A DNA stretch of 64,000 nucleotides from an uncultured delta proteobacterium. Lineage in GTDB: Bacteria; Myxococcota_A; UBA9160; SZUA-336. Positions 44,664 to 54,400 of this stretch are shown in pieces. Numbering within the stretch: the first letter of the stretch is position 1; every line of letters begins with the position of its first letter. The DNA lies in the NCBI GenBank assembly GCA_963704165.1, contig CAVPHD010000003.1, forward strand, positions 256,001 through 320,000, given 5' to 3'. The notes beneath the pieces are model-generated. The model worked only from the letters and a program-made list of their open reading frames with translations. It did not search any database and was not told the origin of the DNA. Made by a program: the position numbers and the translations under genes.

Positions 44664-45524
44664 ATGGAACCCCAGTCCATCCGCCTGCCCGGCACGCACG
44701 GCATCGACCTCCACGCGCTCGAGTGGAGCGACGAGGGCACGCTGCTGCTCTTCCTGCACGGCTTCTCGAACGACGCGCACGTCTGGGATCTCGTCGCGCC
44801 CGTGCTCGCGCCGCACTACCGCGTCGTCGCGCTCGATCAGCGCGGGCACGGCGACTCGGGCCGCGATCCAGAGCATCGCTACGACCACGAGACGATGGCG
44901 CGCGACACGAACGCTGCGATCGAGTCACTCGGAGCGGAGCGCGTCGTGATCGTCGGCCACTCGCTCGGTGGACGCGTCGCGATGCGCTTCTCGGGGCTGT
45001 TCCCGGAGAAGCTCGCCGGGCTCGTGATCGTGGACTCCGCCCCGGACCTCGACGCGCGTGGCACGACGCGAATCAGCCTCGACGTGCAGCAACAGGACTG
45101 GTCATTCGCGAGCGTCGCGGACTACGAGCGCGTGCTCCAACGGCAGTACGCTTCGACACGGCCCGATCTTCTCGCGAAACTGGCCGCGCACTGGACACGC
45201 AGGCGTCCCGACGGGCGCTACGAGCTGAAGCTCGACCCCGGCTTCATGAAGGCGCGGGCGGGCGTCTCGCCCGAGGACGCGAAGGCGTGGTCCGAGCAGG
45301 AAGCCAAGCACCTCTGGGCCGCGCTCGCGGCGCTTCCCTGCCCCGCGCTGGTGGTGCGCGGCGCCGCCTCCGACGTGATGTCCGCCGAGGTCGCGGACAA
45401 GATGGTCGACGACGTGATTCCGAGGGCCACGCTCGAGACGGTCGCACGCGCGGGGCACTCGGTCATGCTCGACAACCCGGAGGCCTTCGAGAAGGTGCTG
45501 ACCGGATTCGTTCTCGGGGACTGA
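44664..45524 (+). CDS. Alpha/beta-fold hydrolase
   Basis: LHGF, DQRGHG, GHSLGG, AGHSV. Confidence 0.9.
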   Translation: MEPQSIRLPGTHGIDLHALEWSDEGTLLLFLHGFSNDAHVWDLVAPVLAPHYRVVALDQRGHGDSGRDPEHRYDHETMARDTNAAIESLGAERVVIVGHSLGGRVAMRFSGLFPEKLAGLVIVDSAPDLDARGTTRISLDVQQQDWSFASVADYERVLQRQYASTRPDLLAKLAAHWTRRRPDGRYELKLDPGFMKARAGVSPEDAKAWSEQEAKHLWAALAALPCPALVVRGAASDVMSAEVADKMVDDVIPRATLETVARAGHSVMLDNPEAFEKVLTGFVLGD

Positions 45525-45525
45525 G

Positions 45526-46539
45526 GTGGAGCTGACCGAGCTCGAAGCCCGCCTCGCGCCGTTCGCGCGCGCGAAGTACGACGATCCGGCGGCCGTGGTC
45601 AGCGAGGTCCACAAGATGCCCGGTCACGCCGGCTTCTCGTTCGGCTTCTCGGTTCTCTCGCGCGGGACGAAGGAGAGCTGGTACCTGCGCCTGCCGCCGC
45701 CGAACGCGCAGTGGAAGGGCACCGCCGACGTGCTGCGTCAGGTCGAAGCGCTCCGCGCGCTCGACGGCGGGCCGGTCCCGCACTGCACGGTCCAGTGGGC
45801 CGGCGCGGACCTCGTGTGGTTCGGCCGGCCCTACTTCGCGGTGCCGAAGCTCGAAGGCGACACGCTTGCGCTCGGCCCCGGCCAGTGGGGTGCGAAGCTC
45901 GGCGAAGCGCGGCGGCGGGACATGGCCGCGCAGGCGATGACCGCGCTCGCGAACATCCATCGCGTCGATTGGCGCGAGCGCCTCGCCTATCTCGGTGACC
46001 CGATCCCCTGCGAAGACGACGTCGCGCGCTGGGATCGCTTCGTCGAGCGCGCGGCCGAACCCGAATCGATGCGGCTCCAGCCCGAGGTGCGCTCGCGGCT
46101 CCTCGCGACGATCCCGCGCTCCGCGCCGGTCGGGCTCTTTCACGGCGACTACAACTGGTCCAACACGTTCTGGTCGATGGAAGGACGGCTGCTCGCGGTG
46201 ATCGACTGGGAGCTGTGCGGGATCGGAGCGACACTGAACGATGTCGGCTGGGTCGCCACCTTCAACGACCCGGAAGCTTGGGCCAAAGATGCAGCGGCCT
46301 TGCCGATCCTGATCCCCGCGGACGATCTGATCGACCTGTACGCGCGCGCGTGGGGAGATCCGCTTCCCGATCTCGGCTGGTTCCGCGCGCTCGCGGCCTA
46401 CAAGTTCGCGATCATCACGGGCCTGAACCTCGGGCTGCACCGGCGCGGCAAACGCCACGATCCGCTCTGGGAGATCACCGGACGCTCGATCGTCCCGCTG
46501 CTCGAACGCGCGCGCTCGCTGCTCGCTCAGTCCCCGTAG
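45526..46539 (+). CDS. Phosphotransferase (APH/ACAD10-kinase, LvaA-like)
   Basis: YLRLPP, HGDYNWSN, AVIDWEL. Confidence 0.85.
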   Translation: MELTELEARLAPFARAKYDDPAAVVSEVHKMPGHAGFSFGFSVLSRGTKESWYLRLPPPNAQWKGTADVLRQVEALRALDGGPVPHCTVQWAGADLVWFGRPYFAVPKLEGDTLALGPGQWGAKLGEARRRDMAAQAMTALANIHRVDWRERLAYLGDPIPCEDDVARWDRFVERAAEPESMRLQPEVRSRLLATIPRSAPVGLFHGDYNWSNTFWSMEGRLLAVIDWELCGIGATLNDVGWVATFNDPEAWAKDAAALPILIPADDLIDLYARAWGDPLPDLGWFRALAAYKFAIITGLNLGLHRRGKRHDPLWEITGRSIVPLLERARSLLAQSP

Positions 46540-47222
46540 TTGTAGCCGGGGCGCGACGGCGGGACGAAATCACCGGACGCGTCGAAGACGCGGCAGAACG
46601 TGGTGTGGTGGAGTTCACCGCGTGCGTCCTCGTAGAAGATCGCACCACGCACGAACGAGACGGGGCCGCCGGTCGTCGCGTGCTCGCGGCGCAGGGTGTC
46701 GAGTCCCGCGATCGGCGTGCGTTCGAAGAGCTCTCCACGCGGGATCTCCGTGCGCACCGGCAGCGGAGGCTCGCCCTCGGCGCCGATCTCGATCGCGATC
46801 TCGCGCAGCACGCCGTGCTCGCGGCCGTGATTCACGATCTCGAGTTCGATCGCGGCGGGAGTCCGCGCGCGAATCTCGACCGAGAGGGCGGCACGCACGC
46901 CGCCGCCCATCTCGCCGCGACGCCCCTCGTCGACGACGATCACCGCGCTCGCTTCGAGCGCGCGCACCGAGTGCGCGGTATTCGGCGGCACGATCGCGAC
47001 CGCGCCAGTCCCCGCGCGGAACGATTCGGATCCGATCGTGATCTCGAGCACCCCCGAGAGAACGTTCCAGACTTCTTCGTTGGGGTGCGAATGCTCGTGA
47101 AGCGAGGCCCCCGCGTCGATCGTGTAGTAGGCGAACGTCATCGATTCGGTGCCGAAGAACCGCCCGTGCCATCCCGGTTTCGGCTCGCGGGGCATGATCG
47201 CTTCGGTCTCGATGAGCGGCAT
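46527..47222 (-). CDS. Cupin-domain protein with C-terminal extension
   Basis: EHSHPNEE and IVPPNTAHSV metal-binding motifs. Confidence 0.75.
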   Translation of the reverse strand: MPLIETEAIMPREPKPGWHGRFFGTESMTFAYYTIDAGASLHEHSHPNEEVWNVLSGVLEITIGSESFRAGTGAVAIVPPNTAHSVRALEASAVIVVDEGRRGEMGGGVRAALSVEIRARTPAAIELEIVNHGREHGVLREIAIEIGAEGEPPLPVRTEIPRGELFERTPIAGLDTLRREHATTGGPVSFVRGAIFYEDARGELHHTTFCRVFDASGDFVPPSRPGYNYGD

Positions 47223-47228
47223 AGCGAA

Positions 47229-47657
47229 CTACCCCGTGAGCTGGCGCAGGATGTCCGCCGGGTTGAAGTAGACGCGTTCGCAGACGATGCCCGCGTCGTC
47301 GAAGATGAAGAACGCCATCATGCGTGTGCGGAATGTGCGGCCCGTGGGCTCGAGCGCGCCGAGCCGCCCCTGGTGCGTGCCGAGCAGCCAGAGCTCGACG
47401 ATCACGGCATCGTCCGCGTGGCGGAGCGAGATCAACTCGTTGCGCTGATCTGGAAAGCTCGCGCGCGACGCGCGGAAGTACTCGCGCACCGCCGCATCGC
47501 CGTCGTGAACCTGTCCGGTCGCGATCAGCTCGTAGCGCGGGTGCGAGAACGTGGCCATCGTCGCGTCGAAATCGCGTTCGTTCTCCGACTCCATGTGCCG
47601 TCGCACGATCGCCTCGCGAAAGGCCCGGAGCTCCGCGGGAGTTCTCGACCCGGCCAC
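47229..47657 (-). CDS. SnoaL-like ester cyclase (NTF2 fold)
   Basis: HMESEN, FPDQ, GTHQG...PTGR, ERVYF. Confidence 0.85.
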   Translation of the reverse strand: MAGSRTPAELRAFREAIVRRHMESENERDFDATMATFSHPRYELIATGQVHDGDAAVREYFRASRASFPDQRNELISLRHADDAVIVELWLLGTHQGRLGALEPTGRTFRTRMMAFFIFDDAGIVCERVYFNPADILRQLTG

Positions 47658-47660
47658 GCC

Positions 47661-47813
47661 TCAGACCCTCTCGAGCGCACGGTGCGGCCGCGGCGGAAGC
47701 TCGATGCGCAGGTCGTCACCGGGTCGCAGCTCGCCACTTGCGAGCACGATCGCCATCACACCTGCCTTGCGCACGAGCTTTCCGGTGGCGTCGCGGTCGA
47801 GCGTGGCCTTCAT
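47661..47813 (-). pseudogene. C-terminal fragment of a MOSC-domain protein
   Basis: (PGL)MKATLDRDATGKLVRKAGVMAIVLASGELRPGDDLRIELP resembles the last third of small MOSC proteins. The catalytic-Cys region is absent and doxX lies directly upstream. Confidence 0.6.
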
Positions 47814-48211
47814 CAGCCCCGGGCTCGTTCCAGCGCGAGCGGACCCGGGCCCCTCGCGGCGATGAACAGGAACACGAACGCGTAGAGCGCGGCGAGCTCG
47901 CCGCCGTTCTGGATCGGCAGCGGCCCCTTGGACTGGTGGAACATGAAGTAGGCGACGGCCATCTGCCCGCTGCAGATGAACGCGGCGAGGCTCGTGCGCA
48001 CGCCGAGCATGACGAGCGCGCCGCCGACGAGCTCGATCACGCCGCCGACCCAGATCAGCGTGAAGAGCTTCGCGGTCGCGCCGGGGTTTCCGCCGACGCC
48101 ACCGAACACCCCGACCACCTTCTGCGCCCCGTGACACGCGAAGAGAAACCCCGAGACGATCCTCAGCAGGGCGTGCGAGAGCGGACCGATTCGTGCGAGC
48201 AGTGCATCCAT
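47813..48211 (-). CDS. DoxX family membrane protein
   Basis: LLRIVSGFLFACHGAQK, IELVGG, GQMAVAYF, NGGELA, GPGPLALE. Confidence 0.9.
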   Translation of the reverse strand: MDALLARIGPLSHALLRIVSGFLFACHGAQKVVGVFGGVGGNPGATAKLFTLIWVGGVIELVGGALVMLGVRTSLAAFICSGQMAVAYFMFHQSKGPLPIQNGGELAALYAFVFLFIAARGPGPLALERARG

Positions 48212-48214
48212 GAT

Positions 48215-49777
48215 TCACTCCGACCAGGCAAAGCGCGTGCCTTGCGATGTTTCCTCGGGCACGAGTGCCCCGAGCTCGAGAACTCGACTCATCTCGGCGG
48301 CGGCGAACTCCGGCTTCACTCTGCCCGCCTCGGCCACCGCCGCGACGAGCGCGGGGACGGGGTTCTCTCGGTACGCCGGCAGCCCTTCGATCACGTCGTC
48401 GAGCAGGAGCTTCCAGAGCAACTGCTGACGTAGCCGGCGCAGGTAGAGCTTGCGTTCGTAGACCGGCAGCCGGTCGTTCGCGAAGAGGTGATCCTGGTAC
48501 CGGAGATACCGCTCCATCGTCTCCTCGTATTCGTCGGCGACCTTCTGGATCGCCGCGGGCGAAGCCCCCGCCGTGCGCGTGACGACGTGGTTCGCGTCGT
48601 ACTTCGTCCAGTCGTTCGAGAGGATCTCGAGCCCGTAGTCGGCGGCGCGCTCGCGCACCTCGGTGCCGGGGAACGGCGCCAGGATGTGGAAGCCGTAGAG
48701 CGAGCCGAACTCGGCGTGGAGCTCGTTCGCGAACTCGACCGTCTTGCGCAGGGTCTCCTCGGTCTCGCCGGGAAGACCGATGATGAACGAGGCGAGCGCG
48801 CTGATGCCGACGTCCTGCGTCATGCGCATGGCCTGCTTCACCTTGGCCAGGTTCGACTTCTTCCCGACGAGATCGAGGATCTCCTGGCTGCCGCTCTCGA
48901 CGCCGAAGCAGATCGCCTGACAACCCGCGTGCGCCATCGTCTCGACGATCTCGGGATTGATCGTGTCGACGCGCGAGAACGCGTTCCAGCGGATTCCCGT
49001 GTTCCGGCGCACGAGCTCGCCGCAGACCGCCAGGAAGTGTGTTCGGTAGAGCGTGAAGAGATCGTCCTCGATCGTGATCTCGGTGAAGCCGAGGCGCGCG
49101 AGGTCTTCGATCTCGTCCACGCACGCGCTCGGGTTCCGGTAGCGCACCTCGCGGCCGGTCCGTTGCGGCGCGGAGCAGAACACGCACGAGTACGGGCAGC
49201 CGCGGCTCGTGATCACGCTGGCGTGGCTGTCGAAGGCCAGGTAGCGGGCGAGCGGGACGAGATCGCGTGCCGGCGGAGGCAGAGCGTCGAGGTCGTCCGC
49301 GAGCGCGCGAGGTGAATTGCGAACGATGCGTTCGCCGTCGCGGAGCGCGAGTCCACGCACGTCGCGCAGGTCCATTCGGCCTTCGAGCGCTCGCACGAGC
49401 TCGATCATCGTGTGCTCGCCCTCGCCGATCGCGATGTAGTCCAGCGCCGGCAGGTCGCGGAAGCTGCCCTCGATCTCGAAGCTGACGTGCGGCCCGCCCA
49501 TCACCACCGGAACCTCGCCGTCGCACTTGCGTACGATCTCGGCGATCGACGAGGCGATGTGGTGATTGAGCGTCACCGACGTGATCCCGACCACCTGCGG
49601 CCGGAACCGCGACATGCGGCGCTCGATCTTCTCGGGCGTGGTGCGAGAGAGCATCAAGTCGAGGATCTCGACCTCGTGCCCTTCGGCCCGCAGAGCCGAG
49701 GCGACGTACGGGAGAGTCACCAAGAGGCGCGGGAACTCCTCGAACGGGTACGAGGGGTTGATCAGGAGTACACGCAT
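48215..49777 (-). CDS. Cobalamin-binding radical SAM protein
   Basis: MRVLLINP, GGPH, SRGCPYSCVFC, GVESG, FIIGLPGET, PFPGT. Confidence 0.92.
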   Translation of the reverse strand: MRVLLINPSYPFEEFPRLLVTLPYVASALRAEGHEVEILDLMLSRTTPEKIERRMSRFRPQVVGITSVTLNHHIASSIAEIVRKCDGEVPVVMGGPHVSFEIEGSFRDLPALDYIAIGEGEHTMIELVRALEGRMDLRDVRGLALRDGERIVRNSPRALADDLDALPPPARDLVPLARYLAFDSHASVITSRGCPYSCVFCSAPQRTGREVRYRNPSACVDEIEDLARLGFTEITIEDDLFTLYRTHFLAVCGELVRRNTGIRWNAFSRVDTINPEIVETMAHAGCQAICFGVESGSQEILDLVGKKSNLAKVKQAMRMTQDVGISALASFIIGLPGETEETLRKTVEFANELHAEFGSLYGFHILAPFPGTEVRERAADYGLEILSNDWTKYDANHVVTRTAGASPAAIQKVADEYEETMERYLRYQDHLFANDRLPVYERKLYLRRLRQQLLWKLLLDDVIEGLPAYRENPVPALVAAVAEAGRVKPEFAAAEMSRVLELGALVPEETSQGTRFAWSE

Positions 49778-49855
49778 GACACCTCCGCACTCGGGGTCGG
49801 AGCGCCCGGGTGTGGCGGGATTCTACGCAGCGCGCTCGCGAGGTGTCACGCGTGA

Positions 49856-50833
49856 TCAGCGGTGCGCGCGGTGTTTCATGAGCGCGAGATCTCGGGTCGC
49901 CTGGCGCGGATCGATGCCGAGCGGCAGGATCGCGAGCGCAGGCGTATCGACGCCCGCATCGACGTAGCGCTGGATGTGCGCGCGGCACGCGTCGGGCGTG
50001 CCGTGGACGATCAGCTCGTCGACGACCTCGTCGGGGATCGCCGCGATCGCCGCCTTGCGGTCGCCCTTCTTCCAGGCCTCCCACATTCCCGCGAGCTTCG
50101 GCCCGCGCCCGAGCCACTCGTGAAACGCGGCGTAGACGGGAACGTTCAGGTAGGCCGCGATCGCGAACTTGGCCATCGCGCGCACCTGCACCTTGTCGGG
50201 ATTGGGCGCGACGAAGATGCGCGCGACGATCTCCTTGTCGGGTCCCGCCTCCTTCACGTAGGGCGCGACCTTCTTCACGTCGTCGGCCGAGAGCCAGTTG
50301 ATGATCGCGCCGTCGCCGACGCGTCCGGCGAGTCGCAGCATTCCCTGTCGGAGCGCGGCGACCAGGATCTTCGGCTGTGTCTCGAGCTTCACGCCGAGGC
50401 GGAATCCCGAAACCGAGAAGCTCTCGAATTCCTCGGTGATCTTCTCGCCCGCGAGCGCCTTGCGCAGGAACTTCACGGTGTCGCGCACGCGCTGGTACGG
50501 CTTCGTGAACGGAATGCCGTTCCAACGCTCGACGATCACGTCCGACGACGTGCCGATTCCCGCGACGAAGCGACCGGGAGCGGCCTGGCACATCGACGCG
50601 ATGCTCATCGCCAACAGGCCGGGACCGCGCGTGAACGCGGGCAGGATCGCGACGCCGAGCCGCATGTTCGGCGCCCACGCCGACGCGAGCGCGAGCGGAG
50701 TCAGTCCGTCGTAGCCGCCGGCCTCCGCCGACCAGAGGTCGGTGTAGCCGAGCTGCTCGAGCTCCTGGATCCACTCGCGTTGCTCCGCGAGCGGGACACC
50801 GTCGAGCGGAATCGTCATGCCGTAGCGGTTCAT
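49856..50833 (-). CDS. Luciferase-like (LLM) oxidoreductase, probably F420-dependent
   Basis: GYTDLWSAEAG, TRGPGLLA, PGRFVAGIGTSS, DGAIINWLS. Confidence 0.85.
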   Translation of the reverse strand: MNRYGMTIPLDGVPLAEQREWIQELEQLGYTDLWSAEAGGYDGLTPLALASAWAPNMRLGVAILPAFTRGPGLLAMSIASMCQAAPGRFVAGIGTSSDVIVERWNGIPFTKPYQRVRDTVKFLRKALAGEKITEEFESFSVSGFRLGVKLETQPKILVAALRQGMLRLAGRVGDGAIINWLSADDVKKVAPYVKEAGPDKEIVARIFVAPNPDKVQVRAMAKFAIAAYLNVPVYAAFHEWLGRGPKLAGMWEAWKKGDRKAAIAAIPDEVVDELIVHGTPDACRAHIQRYVDAGVDTPALAILPLGIDPRQATRDLALMKHRAHR

Positions 50834-50925
50834 CGATCCGTGCCTCCCGTCGGTCGCGATCATACACGCGCGGCGCGCGTGACCGCGCTCGGTGGTAGAG
50901 TCGCGATGCACGACGGGAGGACGAA

Positions 50926-51804
50926 GTGAGCTCGACACGCGAAGTGACGATCATCCGCCTCGATGACGGCCGTGAGCTCGCCTTCACGGAGATCGGCGCC
51001 CCCGATGGCACGCCGGTCTTCGCCTTCCACGGCACGCCCGGCTCGTACCGGATGTTCGGGCCGCTCTCCGACGCGGCCTCTCGGCTCGGCGTGCGCGTGA
51101 TCGCGCCCGATCGACCCGGCTACGGGCGCAGCGACTACGTGCCCGACCGGCGCCTCGTCGACTGGCCGCGCGACGTCTGCGCGATCGCGGATTTCCTCGG
51201 CATCGCGAAGTTCGGCGTCTTCGGTGTCTCGGGCGGCGGGCCGCATGCAGCCGTCTGTGCGCATCAGCTCGGCAGCCGCCTGCTCGGCGTCGCGATCGTG
51301 TGTGGAATCGCCGAGACACTGACCAGCGACGACGCGCGCGGGATGATGCCGATGAATCGCCTGATCTCGCGGCTCGCGCGGTTCTCGGAGTGGCTCGTCT
51401 GGCCGATCTTCGCGCTGATGACGCTCGGATTGCGGCACTTCGGTCCGGCGCTCCTGCGCGGGATGGTGAAGCAGCTGCCCGCGCCGGATCGCCGCGCACT
51501 CGAGAGCCCCGCGCTGCGAAACGCCTTCCTCGAAGAAGCCCGGCGCGCGCCGCGCACGCACGCGCGGGCCACCGCTCAGGACTTCGCGCTCTTCACCCGA
51601 CCTTGGGGATTCCGGCTCGAGGACATCTCGTTTCCCGTCGACGTCTTCTGCGGCGAGCTCGACGTGAACGTGCCGGTCGCGCACGGACGCCGGCAGGCCG
51701 ATCGGATCCCGAACGCGAAGCTCCACCACTTCGCGGACGCGGGACACATGTTCTTCCTCGAGAAGGCGGACGAGATCCTGCTCGCGGCGTCGGGCCGCAC
51801 GTGA
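50926..51804 (+). CDS. Alpha/beta-fold hydrolase
   Basis: FHGTPGS, DRPGYG, GVSGGG, AGHM. Confidence 0.9.
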   Translation: MSSTREVTIIRLDDGRELAFTEIGAPDGTPVFAFHGTPGSYRMFGPLSDAASRLGVRVIAPDRPGYGRSDYVPDRRLVDWPRDVCAIADFLGIAKFGVFGVSGGGPHAAVCAHQLGSRLLGVAIVCGIAETLTSDDARGMMPMNRLISRLARFSEWLVWPIFALMTLGLRHFGPALLRGMVKQLPAPDRRALESPALRNAFLEEARRAPRTHARATAQDFALFTRPWGFRLEDISFPVDVFCGELDVNVPVAHGRRQADRIPNAKLHHFADAGHMFFLEKADEILLAASGRT

Positions 51805-53003
51805 TGCTCGACGGCATCCGGGTCGTCGAGCTTGCGGTCTGGGTCGCCGGGCCCGGCGCCGGCGGGATCCTCGCCGACTGGGGTGCGGACGTGGTGAAGA
51901 TCGAGCCACCCGAGGGCGACCCGTGCCGGAGCTTGTTCATGCACCTCGCCGGACTGAAGGAGCCGAAGTCCCCGCCCTTCGACCTCGACAACCGCGGCAA
52001 GCGCAGCGTCGTTCTCGACCTGCGCTCCCCCGACGGGCTCGCCCTCGCGCGCCGGCTCGTCGCGAACGCGGACATCTTCCTCTCGAACCTGCGACCCGAC
52101 GCGCTCGACAAGCTCGGACTCGACTACGAGACGCTCGCCCCGGAGTGTCCCCGATTGGTGTACGGGAGCATCACCGGCTACGGGCTGCGCGGGCCGGAGC
52201 GCGACCGTGCGGCGTACGACGTGGGCGCGTTCTGGGCGCGGAGCGGTGCCGAGCACATCATGTTCCCGACCGACGTCGAACCGCACGGCGTGCGCGGTGG
52301 CTTCGGCGATCACGTGACGGCGATGGCTCTCGTCTCGGGCGTCATGGCCGCGCTGTACCAACGCGAACGCACGGGCCGGGGACAACTCGTGGCGACGTCC
52401 CTTCTGCGCACGGGCCTGTACTGTGTCGGCTGGGACACGGGCATCCGCCTGCGCTTCGGCACCGTCGCGCCGACCGCCCCGCGCACGCAGCCGCTGAATC
52501 CGGTCTTGAACCAGTACAAGAGTCGCGACGCGCGCTGGTTCTGGTTGCTCGGGCTCGAGGCCGAGCGGCACTGGCCGAAGCTCGCGCGCGCGATCGAACG
52601 CCCGGAGCTGATCGCGGACGATCGCTTCGCGGACGCGCGCACGCGGCGGAGGAACTCGGCGGAGCTGACGTCGATCCTCGACGCCGCATTCGCGACGCGC
52701 GATCTCGCCGAGTGGGCAGCCCGTTTCGACACCGAGGATCTCTGGTGGGCGCCCGTCCAGACACAGGACGAGGTCGTGGCGGACCCGCAGGTGCGGGCGA
52801 TGGCGGGCATCGTGACCGTTCCCGACTACGGCGACGAAGGCAGCTTCGAGGCCGTGGCGACTCCACTCGAGTTCTCCAGCTCCGACGTCGGACCGAAGGG
52901 CCCGCCGCCGCGGCTCGGCGAGCACACCGACGCCGTGCTTCGCGAGCTCGGCCTCGCCGACGACGACATCACCCACCTGCGCACACGAGGGATCGCACGA
53001 TGA
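51804..53003 (+). CDS. CaiB/BaiF family III CoA-transferase
   Basis: LDGIRVVEL, GADVVKIEPPEGD, NRGKRS, PRLGEHT. Confidence 0.93.
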   Translation: MLDGIRVVELAVWVAGPGAGGILADWGADVVKIEPPEGDPCRSLFMHLAGLKEPKSPPFDLDNRGKRSVVLDLRSPDGLALARRLVANADIFLSNLRPDALDKLGLDYETLAPECPRLVYGSITGYGLRGPERDRAAYDVGAFWARSGAEHIMFPTDVEPHGVRGGFGDHVTAMALVSGVMAALYQRERTGRGQLVATSLLRTGLYCVGWDTGIRLRFGTVAPTAPRTQPLNPVLNQYKSRDARWFWLLGLEAERHWPKLARAIERPELIADDRFADARTRRRNSAELTSILDAAFATRDLAEWAARFDTEDLWWAPVQTQDEVVADPQVRAMAGIVTVPDYGDEGSFEAVATPLEFSSSDVGPKGPPPRLGEHTDAVLRELGLADDDITHLRTRGIAR

Positions 53004-53761
53004 AGAACCCGAAGAACCTCTTCGACCTCACCGATCGGGTCGCGATCGTCACGGGTGGAAGCCGTGGCCTGGGCAAAGAGATGGTGCTCGCCTTCGCACA
53101 CGCCGGTGCGGACGTCGTGATCGCGAGCCGCAAGCTCGAAGCGTGCAGCGAGCTCGCGAAAGAGGTCACGCGCGAGACCGGCCGCAACGCGTTCCCCTAC
53201 GCCTGTCACGTCGGACGCTGGGACGAGATCGATGGACTCGTCGATGCCTCGTATCGCGAGTTCGGAAAGGTCGACGTGCTCGTGAACAACGCCGGCAAGT
53301 CGCCGCTCTACGACCACGTCGCGAACCTGACGGAGGCGCAGTACGACTCGGTGCTCGACCTGAACCTGAAGGGACCGTTCCGGCTGATGGCGCTCGTGGG
53401 CACGCGCATGGCACAGGGCGCGGGCGGCTCGATCATCAACATCTCGAGCATCGGCGCGATCCGCCCGTCGCCGGGAATCATCCCCTACTCGGGCGCGAAG
53501 GCGGCACTGAACGCGATGACGGTCGGCTTCGCGCGGGCGTTCGGCCCGAAGGTCCGCGTGAACTGCATCCAGCCCGGCTCCTTCCTCACCGACATCTCGA
53601 AGGCCTGGGACATGAAAGCATTCGCGCAGCAGGCCAAGGTCTTCGCGCTCGAGCGCGGAGGCGAACCGAGCGAGATCGTCGGCGCGGCGCTGTACTTCGC
53701 GAGCGACGCGTCGAGCTACACGACCGGCGCGATCCTCGCCGTGGACGGCGGCGTTCCCTGA
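53000..53761 (+). CDS. Short-chain dehydrogenase/reductase
   Basis: TGGSRGLG, NNAG, YSGAK, VDGG. Confidence 0.93.
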   Translation: MKNPKNLFDLTDRVAIVTGGSRGLGKEMVLAFAHAGADVVIASRKLEACSELAKEVTRETGRNAFPYACHVGRWDEIDGLVDASYREFGKVDVLVNNAGKSPLYDHVANLTEAQYDSVLDLNLKGPFRLMALVGTRMAQGAGGSIINISSIGAIRPSPGIIPYSGAKAALNAMTVGFARAFGPKVRVNCIQPGSFLTDISKAWDMKAFAQQAKVFALERGGEPSEIVGAALYFASDASSYTTGAILAVDGGVP

Positions 53762-54400
53762 GTGACCCGTCTCGATCGCGCCTTCTTCTCGCGCCCGGTC
53801 CTCGAGGTCGCGCCCCGGCTTCTCGGCTGCCGTCTCGTGCACGTGCTTCCGGACCGCGGCGTGCTCGCGGGTCGGATCGTCGAGGTCGAAGCCTACTTGG
53901 GCGACGGCAGCGATGAGGGCTCGCACAGCCACCGCGGAAGGACGCGCAGAAACCGCTCGATGTTCGGCCCCCCGGGACACTTCTACGTGTACCTGAGCCA
54001 CGGCCTTCACGTCTGCGCGAACGTGGTCTGCGAGCGCGCGGGCGTCGGTGCCGCGGTGCTCCTGCGCGCGGTCGAGCCGATCGAGGGCGAGGTGCGGATG
54101 CGCGGCCATCGCGGCGGACGCAGCGGCTTCGAGCTCACCAACGGCCCGGGCAAGCTCGCTTCGGCCTTCGCGATCACCCTCGCGGACGACGGCGCCTCCG
54201 CGCTGCGCGGCGCGCTTCGGATCGAGGCCCGGAGGGAAACGGACGAACCCGCGATCGAGGTCAGCCCGCGCATCGGGCTCGGGAAAGCCGTCGATCTGCC
54301 CTACCGCTTCACCGTGTCGGGGAATCCCTGGGTCTCTCGGCGCGCTGGCCGATCCCGCCCGGCTGCCCCTATCATCGGAGCGACGTGCCCAACGAAGTGA
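53762..54400 (+). CDS. mpg: DNA-3-methyladenine glycosylase (AAG/MPG type)
   Basis: IVEVEAYLG, MFGPPG..YVY, AVLLRAVEP, NGPGKL, PRIG. Confidence 0.92.
   Translation: MTRLDRAFFSRPVLEVAPRLLGCRLVHVLPDRGVLAGRIVEVEAYLGDGSDEGSHSHRGRTRRNRSMFGPPGHFYVYLSHGLHVCANVVCERAGVGAAVLLRAVEPIEGEVRMRGHRGGRSGFELTNGPGKLASAFAITLADDGASALRGALRIEARRETDEPAIEVSPRIGLGKAVDLPYRFTVSGNPWVSRRAGRSRPAAPIIGATCPTK

Noticed and set aside
47661..51035. 1124-aa minus-strand ORF
   Set aside because: Arg/Pro-rich off-frame shadow of three real genes. Only the last ~50 aa resemble a protein (MOSC remnant).
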